From contig JAZDKB010000003.1 of assembly GCA_043803405.1 (NCBI GenBank), forward strand, positions 1 through 64,000: a DNA stretch of 64,000 nucleotides, given 5' to 3'. The stretch is from Spirochaetota bacterium (GTDB taxonomy: Bacteria > Spirochaetota > UBA4802 > JAFGDQ01). The notes beneath the pieces are model-generated. The model searched no databases. It was given only the letters and a program-made list of their open reading frames with translations, and was not told where the DNA came from. Below are positions 8,230-18,089 of this stretch, one piece after another. Position 1 is the stretch's first letter. Each line of letters starts with the position of its first letter. The position numbers were made by a program, and so were the translations under genes.

Positions 8230-9648
8230 TCACTTACCCAAAATGTGGGTAGAAGTCAGACTGATAAGGGGGAGTGGACGCGCTTCGCGGCCGAGGGGGT
8301 TCATCCGCCTCTGCCATGCAGGCGAAAACCGCCACACAGGGCTCATAATGGACGCATATACCTCCTCGCAAAAATTCAGCATTCCCTGAAAACCTGCGAG
8401 CGCGATCTTGCGCTCGTGATTGTGATCGCAGAAAGCCACGCCCAGCTTATACGCGATCGGCCTCTCTTTGACTCCGCCTATCAGCAGATTCACTTTCTTC
8501 TCAGCCATAAAGTGCGACAGCTCAAGAGGGTTCGTGTCGTCCGCGATGATCGTTCCCTCGTCACAGATTTCTTTCAGATAATCGTAATCCTCACTGCTCC
8601 CTGTCTGCGAACCGACTATCACAGTATGTATACCGAGATGCCTGAGTGCCTTTACAAGCGAGAATGCCTTAAATGATCCGCCCACATAGATCGCGGCTCG
8701 TGAACCCTCAAGGTATTTTCTGAATCCGGTTATTTTCGGAAGAATAGCAGATATCTCTCTTCCCACAAGCTTTGCCGTTCTATCCAGGATATCCGTATCG
8801 TTAAAATATTGAGCCACATCGTACAATGCTGCTGACATATCCTCTATACCAAAATACGAAACACGCTTATATGGGATACCGTATTTTTCTTTCATCATTT
8901 CGGCCAGGCGCGTCATTGAACCCGAACACTGCACAACATTAAGAGAAGCTTTATGCGCCCTGCCTATTTCGTCGACCCTGCCGTCTCCTGTAATGCACGA
9001 TACAACATCCACGCCCATTTCCCTGTAATATTCCTTTATTATCCATGTCTCGCCGGCCAGGTTAAAATCGCCGAGTATATTTATACTCGCGCCATGCACC
9101 GGCCGGCTGTCCTCGCTCTTACCTGTTAAAGCGAAAATTGCTTCACATGCAGCATGGTATCCGTCTTTTTTTGTTCCTTTAAACCCTTCCGAATGCACTG
9201 GAAGAACCGGGATGCCGCTTTCTTCAGATACCTTCCGGCACACTGCATTCACATCATCGCCGATGAGCCCCACTATGCATGTTGAGTATACGAACGCGGC
9301 TTTGGGTTTATATGCGGCAATCAGCTCTGTTAACGATGCGTAAAGCTTCTTCTCGCCGCCGAAAATAACTTCGCGCTCGCGCAGGTCTGTACTGAAACTC
9401 ATCCTGTGAAGTTCTGGTCCGGAGGATAATGATCCGCGTATGTCCCACGTATAAGCAGCACAACCTATCGGGCCGTGAACGAGATGCAGAGCATCTGCTA
9501 TCGGGTAAAGCACAACGCGTGATCCGCAGAATACGCATGCGCGCTGGCTCACAGAACCAGCAAGGCTCGCCCTGCCGCAGGCAATGCTGTGAGCATCTTC
9601 GCCGTTTCTGAATACCTGATCCTTTCTCGCATCAAGAATGTCGATCAT
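8230..9648 (-). CDS. nifE: FeMo-cofactor scaffold subunit NifE
   Basis: SQRACVFCGSR, HGPIGCAAYTWDIRGS, VVQCSGS and DHNHER motifs; follows nifK. Confidence 0.95.
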   Translation of the reverse strand: MIDILDARKDQVFRNGEDAHSIACGRASLAGSVSQRACVFCGSRVVLYPIADALHLVHGPIGCAAYTWDIRGSLSSGPELHRMSFSTDLREREVIFGGEKKLYASLTELIAAYKPKAAFVYSTCIVGLIGDDVNAVCRKVSEESGIPVLPVHSEGFKGTKKDGYHAACEAIFALTGKSEDSRPVHGASINILGDFNLAGETWIIKEYYREMGVDVVSCITGDGRVDEIGRAHKASLNVVQCSGSMTRLAEMMKEKYGIPYKRVSYFGIEDMSAALYDVAQYFNDTDILDRTAKLVGREISAILPKITGFRKYLEGSRAAIYVGGSFKAFSLVKALRHLGIHTVIVGSQTGSSEDYDYLKEICDEGTIIADDTNPLELSHFMAEKKVNLLIGGVKERPIAYKLGVAFCDHNHERKIALAGFQGMLNFCEEVYASIMSPVWRFSPAWQRRMNPLGREARPLPLISLTSTHILGK

Positions 9649-9693
9649 ATATCCTCCTTATTAATTTTATGTTCCCGGTTGCGCAAAGACCAA

Positions 9694-9788
9694 CTAAATC
9701 CCACTTAGGGGGTCTTTAAAAGTTAAACCCAATAAGATAATCTTTTCACTACAAATCTTAAAGTCCCCTTAAGGGGGATTTAGGGGGC
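9694..9788. repeat. Diverged palindromic element, copy C (nifK-nifE spacer)
   Basis: CTAAATCCCACTTAGGGGGTCTTTAA (9694-9719) / TTAAAGTCCCCTTAAGGGGGATTTAG (9758-9783), a 23/26 inverted match with the same core type as copies A, B and D. Confidence 0.75.
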
Positions 9789-9832
9789 GGAAGAAGCACT
9801 TCGCTCCCTGATCTTTTACCTCAGTCTCCCCT

Positions 9833-11203
9833 TTACATGACCAGCTCAAACCCCTCCTCAGGAGCATCCCTGTCCTGTCTGTCAAGTACTGCATTCAGTA
9901 TCTTCTCCACCAGTCTCATTGCTCCGCGATATCCTGTAACAGGGAAATACTGATGCCCCACTCTGTCGTATATAGGGAACCCTACCCGCACCAGAGGTAT
10001 GTCCTCATCACGGGCAATATATTTTGCATAAGTATTTCCCAGTATGATATCAGGCTTATCGTTTTTAACAAGCTGATGAAAATAGAACATGTCTGCGCGT
10101 TCGCCGCTTTTAACAACCGCGCTTTTTGCTATATCATGAATGCGGCTCTCAAATTTTGCTCCTGCAGAAGTGCCGGTCACAACATACAAAACTTTCATTC
10201 CAATATCGGAAAGAAATTCGGCAATGCCTGTAAGCTGATCCGGATCCCCGCAAAGAGCGGCTTTCCTGTTATAAAAGTACTGGTGCATGTCGCTTATCAT
10301 GTCCAGGAGCTGGCCGCGCTCGAACATGATACTGTCCGGTACAGGAACGCCTGCGGCTTTCCGCAGAGTATCAACAAATCTGTCTGTTGCCCTGAGGCCA
10401 ATAGGAAGCTCGAGAGTCTCGAACGGCACGCCGCATTTCGTATCCAGAAGCTTTGCCGCAGGCAGCGAGGCTGTGCGGCCGAGCGCGACGGTGAAGAAGC
10501 TGGAGCCTGCGCTTTTCACAGCATCCGCATTTGCACCGGCGTTCGGGAACATGCGGAAACGTCCATCATGCGGACCATTCATAATGCCGGAAGTATCAGG
10601 GAACATTATTATATTAATACCCATCTTCTCCGCGATCCTTCTCATCTCGGACATGTCGGACGGTTCAATAAAACCGGGAATTATATTAATATGATTTTCC
10701 CTTGGCCCTTTTTCGGACATATAATGGACAAAGGCCTGAGTCATGCTTGCGAAGCCGGTAATATGCGAGCCCTTGAAACTCGGAGTGTTCGCATGGATTA
10801 CGCGTTTGCCTTTCGGGATTTTGCCTTCTGCGGCTGCCGTCTTGATTATCTGTCCTATATCATCCCCAATAACCTCGGAGAGACACGTAGTGTGAACCGC
10901 TATAATATCCGGGTTATAGATCGTAAAAATATTGTTTATTGCTTCAAGCAGATTAGCCTGCCCACCGAATACGGACGCTCCTTCAGTAAACGAGCTTGTC
11001 CCTGCCATGACCGGTTCCTTGTAATGCCTGGTCAGCGCGCTTCTGTGATAAGCGCAGCATCCCTGCGAGCCGTGGCTGTGGGGCATGCAGCGGTTAATCC
11101 CAAGCGCTGCGTACATCGCCCCAATAGGCTGGCATGTCTTTGCCGGGTTTATGGTCAAAGCCGATCTTTCATCTGTTTTTTCCGGTGTGTGTCGTAATAG
11201 CAT
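9833..11203 (-). CDS. nifK: Nitrogenase MoFe protein beta chain
   Basis: INPAKTCQPIGA, HSHGSQGCCAYHR and HTTCLSEVIGDD motifs; short N-terminus of the Group II type. Confidence 0.97.
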   Translation of the reverse strand: MLLRHTPEKTDERSALTINPAKTCQPIGAMYAALGINRCMPHSHGSQGCCAYHRSALTRHYKEPVMAGTSSFTEGASVFGGQANLLEAINNIFTIYNPDIIAVHTTCLSEVIGDDIGQIIKTAAAEGKIPKGKRVIHANTPSFKGSHITGFASMTQAFVHYMSEKGPRENHINIIPGFIEPSDMSEMRRIAEKMGINIIMFPDTSGIMNGPHDGRFRMFPNAGANADAVKSAGSSFFTVALGRTASLPAAKLLDTKCGVPFETLELPIGLRATDRFVDTLRKAAGVPVPDSIMFERGQLLDMISDMHQYFYNRKAALCGDPDQLTGIAEFLSDIGMKVLYVVTGTSAGAKFESRIHDIAKSAVVKSGERADMFYFHQLVKNDKPDIILGNTYAKYIARDEDIPLVRVGFPIYDRVGHQYFPVTGYRGAMRLVEKILNAVLDRQDRDAPEEGFELVM

Positions 11204-11238
11204 AATTAACTCCTTAGCATTGTCTTCATATTTCAGTT

Positions 11239-12885
11239 TTATTTATCCCATCCATAGCTTCCGGAAAGCTGCGGGTTCACTTCCCACGGCGCCTTAGTGA
11301 AGCTGAATATCTTCGAATTCACAAGACGGTCTATCTCCCTGTAAAAGTTCACCGCGCCCCTGAATCCCGCATAAGGCCCGCTGTAATCGTAGCTGTGAAG
11401 CTGCTTCATCGGGATGCCCGCTTTCTGAACCACGTACTTCTCCTTAATGCCGGCGCAGAAAATATCAGGCTTGTATTTCTCAATCAGTATTTCAGTCTCA
11501 TGATGATTGAGATCGTCGATCACAAGGCTGTTGTCCCGCATTTCAGCCATCATTCCCTCATAGCCGCCGAAAGATAGTCCCTCTTTGGCAAGATTTTCCA
11601 TTTCGTCCTTTTCCTTTCTGAGACTGAACCTGGACGGGTCCGGTGTCACTGTAAGCTCTTCAATGTTGCGCGTGTCGGCATCCAGAATAATATCCGGGAT
11701 AATTCTGCGTCCTTCGTAATCGTCCCTGTGCGCGAATTCATAACCGGCGGAAACTGTACGCATTCCTATTTCTGTAAAAAGCTCCTGGTAATGATGAGCG
11801 CGCGACCCGCCTACGAAAAGCATTGCAAGCTTGCCTTCGCAGCGCGATCTGACTTCTTCGCGCACTTTCTCAACTTCCGGCATTTCAGCTGCTATTATCT
11901 CTTCCGTCTTTTTAATGATTTCACTGTCTCCGAAATAGGCAGCTATCTTCCGAAGCGACTTGGCTGTTGCGTTTGCTCCTATAAAATTTATCTTGAACCA
12001 GGGAATCCCGTATTTCTTATCCATCATCTCAGCCAAATAATTGATCGAGCGGTGGCACATAACTACATTGAGATCTGCTGTATGCGCGCTCGCGAATTCA
12101 TCATAGTCCGAGTTTCCGCTGAACGTAGAGTGCAGGGTTATCCCGCACGCGCTTACTATCCTCTCAATCTCGAACGCATCCCCGCCTATGTTGTATTCGC
12201 CCAGTATGTTTATCCTGAATTTGCCTTCCTTCGGCTTATCAAGCTGCCCAACTACATCTGTAAATACCTTGTTGTTCGCGACATGATGACCCGCCGACTG
12301 GCTGACTCCCTTATATCCTTCACAGCTGAATCCGAAAATATTTATGTCCGGATATTTCTCCTCCATCTCGCGCGAAACGGCATGTACATCATCCCCGATC
12401 AACCCGACAGGGCATGTGGAAAATATCCCTATCGCTTTAGGATGAAATATCGCGATCGCTTCCTCTATTGCTTTCTTAAGTTTTTTCTCTCCGCCGAAGA
12501 TGATCTGGTCCTCCTGCATGTCGGTTGAAAGCGCATAAGTCATGTAGTTCGCGTGAGCATCGCTTTCAGGACGCGTCTGGTTCCTGCGCGTAAGCCAGCT
12601 GTAAAACCCGCAGCCTATCGGCCCGTGCGTAATCTGAAGAATGTCGCGCGTGGGGCCAAGCACAACGCCTTTGCACCCGGCATAAGCGCAGCCGCGCATC
12701 GTGAGTATGCCTGGAATTGTTCGCGTGTTCGCGAGGATCTCGGGAACCCTGCCCTCGTTATCTGCTTTATTCACTACTATTTGCTTAGCGCGTTTCCTTG
12801 CCACTTTGACAGGGTACTTTGCAAGCATTTCATTCTTTATATCCAGCGGATTTATCTCGGTATTTGCTTTTTTAGTATTATTCAT
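11239..12885 (-). CDS. nifD: Nitrogenase MoFe protein alpha chain (Group II type)
   Basis: P-cluster cysteines (RGCAYAG, GPIGCG, TCPVG), FeMoco ligands in VMCHRS and QLHSYD, and the roughly 50-aa Group II insertion after FAHRDDYEG. Confidence 0.98.
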   Translation of the reverse strand: MNNTKKANTEINPLDIKNEMLAKYPVKVARKRAKQIVVNKADNEGRVPEILANTRTIPGILTMRGCAYAGCKGVVLGPTRDILQITHGPIGCGFYSWLTRRNQTRPESDAHANYMTYALSTDMQEDQIIFGGEKKLKKAIEEAIAIFHPKAIGIFSTCPVGLIGDDVHAVSREMEEKYPDINIFGFSCEGYKGVSQSAGHHVANNKVFTDVVGQLDKPKEGKFRINILGEYNIGGDAFEIERIVSACGITLHSTFSGNSDYDEFASAHTADLNVVMCHRSINYLAEMMDKKYGIPWFKINFIGANATAKSLRKIAAYFGDSEIIKKTEEIIAAEMPEVEKVREEVRSRCEGKLAMLFVGGSRAHHYQELFTEIGMRTVSAGYEFAHRDDYEGRRIIPDIILDADTRNIEELTVTPDPSRFSLRKEKDEMENLAKEGLSFGGYEGMMAEMRDNSLVIDDLNHHETEILIEKYKPDIFCAGIKEKYVVQKAGIPMKQLHSYDYSGPYAGFRGAVNFYREIDRLVNSKIFSFTKAPWEVNPQLSGSYGWDK

Positions 12886-12967
12886 AATAATTCCTCCTGA
12901 CTGCCTCCAGTTAATGCCGGGTTTATAAATATGACCGGTTCATGCTGCATGTTCATTCCGGCCGTCG

Positions 12968-13345
12968 TCACTGGTCCAGCGTATCATGGCCTGTTTCACC
13001 GGTGCGTATGCGTATTGATCCGCTTACAGGCATTACGAATATCTTTCCATCTCCGGATTTTCCTGTCCGGTTTACGGAAATAATCGCGCCTGCAACTTTC
13101 TCAACCAGTTTGTCCGGAACAACTATTGATATCATTCTTTTTGGTATAAGGCGCTGGGTATTCCCAAGCCGCGCCACAGCTTCCTCATATATTTGCTCAG
13201 AACCTTTTAGTATGATAAAATCTACAAGGCCTTTACCTCTTCCGAGACATTCTCTCGCGTGAAAAGATGTTATCCCGGCATCCAGCAGAGCCTGCTTTGT
13301 CTGATTCATCATATTCATGCGGATAACAGCCATTACTTCTTTCAT
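12968..13345 (-). CDS. nifI2: PII-family nitrogenase regulator NifI2
   Basis: MKEVMAVIRMNMMNQTKQAL...GRGKG...LIPKRMI...GDGKIFV; lies between nifH and nifD and overlaps the nifI1 stop. Confidence 0.92.
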   Translation of the reverse strand: MKEVMAVIRMNMMNQTKQALLDAGITSFHARECLGRGKGLVDFIILKGSEQIYEEAVARLGNTQRLIPKRMISIVVPDKLVEKVAGAIISVNRTGKSGDGKIFVMPVSGSIRIRTGETGHDTLDQ

Positions 13346-13695
13346 ACAGCGACCTCCGACTGCCCGCCTGTACCTTCCTTTATGCCCGAGCTGACCGTGT
13401 AGACCTCGTCAATCGGTGAAATGAATATTTTACCGTCACCAAAAGCCCCTTTTGAGCCTGACCTTGCAGTCGACATTATTGCCTTAATAACGAGATCCTT
13501 ATCCTTATCCGGAACAGCTATCATTAAAAGTTCTTTCGGGATCTCATCATAAGTAATGTCTCCTATTTTTATACCGCGCTGTTTGCCCCGTCCCGAGACA
13601 TTCATCTTTGTCACTGCCGGGAACCCCTCAGCCATCAGCTTTTCGAGAACCGTATCGACTTTCTCCGGACGGATTATTGCTTTAATCATTATCAT
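13342..13695 (-). CDS. nifI1: PII-family nitrogenase regulator NifI1
   Basis: MIMIKAIIRPEK...GRGKQRGIKIGDITYDEIPK...GAFGDGKIF; start re-called to the ATG at 13695 (AGGAG RBS). Confidence 0.92.
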   Translation of the reverse strand: MIMIKAIIRPEKVDTVLEKLMAEGFPAVTKMNVSGRGKQRGIKIGDITYDEIPKELLMIAVPDKDKDLVIKAIMSTARSGSKGAFGDGKIFISPIDEVYTVSSGIKEGTGGQSEVAV

Positions 13696-13714
13696 ATTTA
13701 TTCTCCTATATATT

Positions 13715-14560
<846 letters not shown>

Positions 14561-14662
14561 TTATAGGTATTTATATAATTGATAAGATCTGTTGTTTTCT
14601 CAAGCGGCTGCATTTAAAAAAGTTTATAAATAGCCGCGAGTTATATTTACACATAAATATTA

Positions 14663-14678
14663 TGCAAGAAGCGTGCCA
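14663..14678 (-). promoter_or_regulatory. sigma54 (-24/-12) promoter of the nif cluster
   Basis: Minus strand reads TGGCACGCTTCTTGCA, a full match to TGGCAC-N5-TTGCA, 114 bp upstream of nifH. Confidence 0.9.
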
Positions 14679-14848
14679 GAATAATGTTTAAGGTTATTTA
14701 ATGGAATGTAATGTTTAGAGAAGAGAACTATTTAATGTACATGTAACAAAGTGGGGCAAAATATTGCTCAAAATGGAATATTTATAATGATAAATAATAA
14801 AGATTATCTGTTTAATTCAAAACCGTTAATTATAAATGATATGTTTAT

Positions 14849-14891
14849 TACAATTATGTATTATTACAAGGGGGACGGATACAAAAATGAG
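14849..14891. promoter_or_regulatory. Putative paired enhancer sites for a sigma54 activator (nifH)
   Basis: TACAATTATGTA (14849-14860) and GATACAAAAATGAG (14878-14891). Cores are 31 bp apart and the first is 172 bp from the -24 element, the same geometry as at amtB. Confidence 0.5.
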
Positions 14892-14899
14892 ATAAAAGA

Positions 14900-16330
14900 C
14901 TAAAATATAATATTGTCTATCTCTTCCAGCTTGCTGTTCTCAAGTGTGCCGCATTTTACATTGTATTCGAGGAATATCTTAAAAATAACAGGATCGATTT
15001 TAAAGCTCTTTGTTATAAATTCTTTTTTCATTATTGTGAGCGCCTCTACAACAGGATAATTTTTTTTGCCTGTAAGCGCGTCAAAAATATCTATGATCTC
15101 CAGCACCTTGCACGGGAAATAAGCGAGTGAAATGCCGTGAATAAAGTCATCCTTATTATAACTGATAAAATATTTAAAATCTTCTTCCGTAAATTTTTTC
15201 CCGGTAAATTTTGAAAGCAATGGCTTCGTAAAACCGTAACTTCCCTTTCCACCGTAATATTCGTGATGAAAAACGGCCATTGCAAACACCTCAAAGGGAT
15301 ACTGTCTGGCTTTTATAAGCATATTATATCCGTGCAGGGCGTGTTTCTTTACCGTGTCTTCGTCATAAGGGTCTGAACCGTCATGATAACCAATATAGCG
15401 CAGCTTGCCAATATCAAATAAAAGCGCACCAAGGATATAATTCTGGATTTCCTTTTCCTTGTCTATGCGCCTTATTCCGTCTTTAAAAATCCTTTCAATT
15501 GATACCTCTTCAGTCGGAAGACGTTTTTTGTAATGCCGGTGATATTTATCTTTGAATGCTCCCCTTATATTTTTTGTAAAAAGGCCTTCGCCGATATACT
15601 CATTATAAAAACTACAGAAGGAAACAAACCTGAGGAATACTTTGTTTATATGATCGATTGTTTTTGAGCCTGTTGATATCTTTTCAATAATTTTAAGGTC
15701 GCCATAGGGATATTTTTTTTGATCGAATAAATCTATCAGGATTTTTACGATCCATGCCGACTTCACAAGGACTCCGTTAATATTATCTTTTACATTTTCG
15801 GTTGCAATATTCTGTTCGAGATTGGCGTTATTTGCGTAAAACGTATTGCTAAGGACAGACACCATATATACTATTGAGTCAATATTGAGCTGTTTCTTTT
15901 CACTGTCCTCGCTTAATTTTGATATACATTCATCAAGTATTTCTTCCCGTTCAACTACCGACATTTTGCCGAACAAGGAGACCTGTTCATCAACCTTTCC
16001 GAATTTCTCAACCTGTTTCATTGCCTGGGAGTCGTCAGGAGCCTCCGGTGCAGGTTCCTGATTTTTTAATTCTGCTTTATGCTCTTTGATTCTTTCTTTC
16101 CAGTTCTTATCAATAAAAAATTTAAATTTGTCTGCATCTTTCTCTTTCAGGTATTCGTCAAGTTTCTTAACGGGAAGCACAACCAGCTGATTTATATTGT
16201 TCTTGCGCCATACGGCAACGTTAACCGTGGTTATGTCATTTAAATTTTTTGTTATTTCTTCAACAGATATTTCCTGCATGTCCTTTTCGGAAACACTGGC
16301 TTCCTGTTTTTCTTTGTCCTTATTTTCCAT
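14900..16330 (-). CDS. HD-GYP-like domain protein with degenerate active site
   Basis: C-terminal GALLFDIGK...H...GY...FHHEYYGGKGSYG...IDIFDALT follows the HD-GYP layout, but HD is FD and the GYP motif is altered. Confidence 0.65.
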   Translation of the reverse strand: MENKDKEKQEASVSEKDMQEISVEEITKNLNDITTVNVAVWRKNNINQLVVLPVKKLDEYLKEKDADKFKFFIDKNWKERIKEHKAELKNQEPAPEAPDDSQAMKQVEKFGKVDEQVSLFGKMSVVEREEILDECISKLSEDSEKKQLNIDSIVYMVSVLSNTFYANNANLEQNIATENVKDNINGVLVKSAWIVKILIDLFDQKKYPYGDLKIIEKISTGSKTIDHINKVFLRFVSFCSFYNEYIGEGLFTKNIRGAFKDKYHRHYKKRLPTEEVSIERIFKDGIRRIDKEKEIQNYILGALLFDIGKLRYIGYHDGSDPYDEDTVKKHALHGYNMLIKARQYPFEVFAMAVFHHEYYGGKGSYGFTKPLLSKFTGKKFTEEDFKYFISYNKDDFIHGISLAYFPCKVLEIIDIFDALTGKKNYPVVEALTIMKKEFITKSFKIDPVIFKIFLEYNVKCGTLENSKLEEIDNIIF

Positions 16331-16469
16331 TATATAACCGCTGAATAATTATATTAAAAAGCTACTGAACTGGTTTCCGGGATTAACTGAGAATAAAGTA
16401 TTGTATTGTAACATAAAAAAAATACTAAGTCAACAAATAAGCTTATAAGTGTATCAGAACAGAAATAAT

Positions 16470-17582
16470 TTACACATATTTTTTAATGATATCTATTATT
16501 CTTTCCTGATCCTTTTCTTCAATATAAGGATGCATCGGCAGGCTGAATATTTTCCGGGCAACCAGTTCGCTGGCCGGGAAGTCTCCAAGTCTATGTCCAA
16601 GATACGCAAACGCATCCTGAACATGAAGAGGCTTCGGATAATATACTGCTGTCGGTATCCCGTTATCTTTAAGCCTGGAGATTATTTTATCTCTTTCAGG
16701 ATGCATTATGGAATATTGCGCCCACACGGAAATATTATGCGGTTTAACAAACGGAACTGTAACAGAATCCTTAAGTCCGTCCGAATATTTACTGGCGACT
16801 TTTTGTCTAAGCTGAATTTCTTCTTCAAATATTTCGAACTTTGCAAGCAGAACCGCTGCCTGAATAGTGTCGAGCCTGCCATTAATGCCTATCCGTACAT
16901 TATTGTATTTATCCGATCCCTGCCCGTGCACCCGAATAGAAACAAGCTTATCGTATAAGTCTTTACTGTCGGTAAACGTCATTCCGCCGTCGCCGTAGCA
17001 TCCGAACGGCTTTGCAGGGAAAAAGCTGGTTGCCGATGCGTGAGCAAGCGAACTCGCCTTCCTCCCTTTATACATGGCCCCGAAACTCTGCGCCGCGTCT
17101 TCCAGCACAAAAAGCCCGTGTTTTTTGGCAATAGCGTTTATCTCGTCGTAATCCGCGCACTGGCCGAATAAATCGACTGGAATTATAGCTCGCGGGATCA
17201 GTTTGCCTTCGGATTTAACGCTCTTAATAGCTTCTTCAAGCATAGCTGTGTCTATGTTAAAGGTATCTTTTTCAATATCAACAAAGACCGGAGTCGCTCC
17301 CAGAAGCGCAATTACTTCTGCGGTAGCAATAAAAGTAAACGGCGTAGTAAATACGGCGTCGCCCGGCTTAAGGCCGTATGCCATAAGCGGCATCAGCAAT
17401 GCGTCAGTTCCGCTGGAACAGCCCACAGCGTATTTTACTCCAGCATAACCTGCAAGCTTTTCTTCTATTGCCACGACTTCCGGCCCATTAATAAAACTGC
17501 AGCTTTGCATTATTCTGGAAATATTGTTATTGATTGTATCTTTAATTCTTTTCTGCTGTGCGGGAAGATCAATAAATTGCAT
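16470..17582 (-). CDS. DegT/DnrJ/EryC1/StrS family PLP sugar aminotransferase
   Basis: SSGTDAL, EDAAQSFGA, SFFPAKPFGCYGDGG and NGRLDTIQAA motifs. Confidence 0.95.
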   Translation of the reverse strand: MQFIDLPAQQKRIKDTINNNISRIMQSCSFINGPEVVAIEEKLAGYAGVKYAVGCSSGTDALLMPLMAYGLKPGDAVFTTPFTFIATAEVIALLGATPVFVDIEKDTFNIDTAMLEEAIKSVKSEGKLIPRAIIPVDLFGQCADYDEINAIAKKHGLFVLEDAAQSFGAMYKGRKASSLAHASATSFFPAKPFGCYGDGGMTFTDSKDLYDKLVSIRVHGQGSDKYNNVRIGINGRLDTIQAAVLLAKFEIFEEEIQLRQKVASKYSDGLKDSVTVPFVKPHNISVWAQYSIMHPERDKIISRLKDNGIPTAVYYPKPLHVQDAFAYLGHRLGDFPASELVARKIFSLPMHPYIEEKDQERIIDIIKKYV

Positions 17583-18089
17583 ATTAATTATTCCTGTTAG
17601 TATTATACAAATAATCTTAATTACTTTGGGCTATAGCTAAGGAATGGTTGCCGGAATTGTCAATAATTAATTTCGACTAAACCAGGCAATGCCTCATTTA
17701 TCCTCGGAGTACACGCCCCAAAAAAGACAGGAACACAATCAGTTATTCGGGAAAAACAAAAATTTAAATCTTCAAAAATCAGTCCACATTTCAGTTTTAA
17801 ATGACACATTTATCGATTTTCTTGACACCTGATCAATTTTAATATACATTATAGATAATTATAAATTTTGAGCATTATTGATAATAATTATCACAATAAA
17901 ATACGAAATTTATTAAAAAAACCGAAATTGGGTGCCTAAAAATATAAAAAATGCTTAACGAAATCCATTTATCTTCAGAATCCGATAATAATTTCAATAT
18001 CCGACAATAAATAACTTGCCTCTCATGCAGGGGTATCCCAATACTTGTAAATTATACTTTAAAAATAATAAAATAAAATTAACACTCCT

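Noticed and set aside
6339..9788. CRISPR array or attC cassette interpretation of the nif repeats
   Set aside because: There is no regular repeat-spacer period, no cas or integron integrase gene, and the repeats separate core nif genes.
9953..11197. 414-aa plus-strand ORF antisense to nifK, and similar shadow ORFs over nifD, nifH, hemB and other genes
   Set aside because: They lie wholly opposite well-supported genes and show no recognisable motifs; such ORFs are expected from codon bias.
11239..12885. Alternative (V or Fe-only) nitrogenase or Nif-like Group IV enzyme
   Set aside because: There is no vnfG/anfG between D and K, nifEN are present, and NifD has Mo-type ligand contexts and the Group II insertion.
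14679..14899. Canonical NifA upstream activator site
   Set aside because: No TGT checked in this spacer is followed by ACA at N10.
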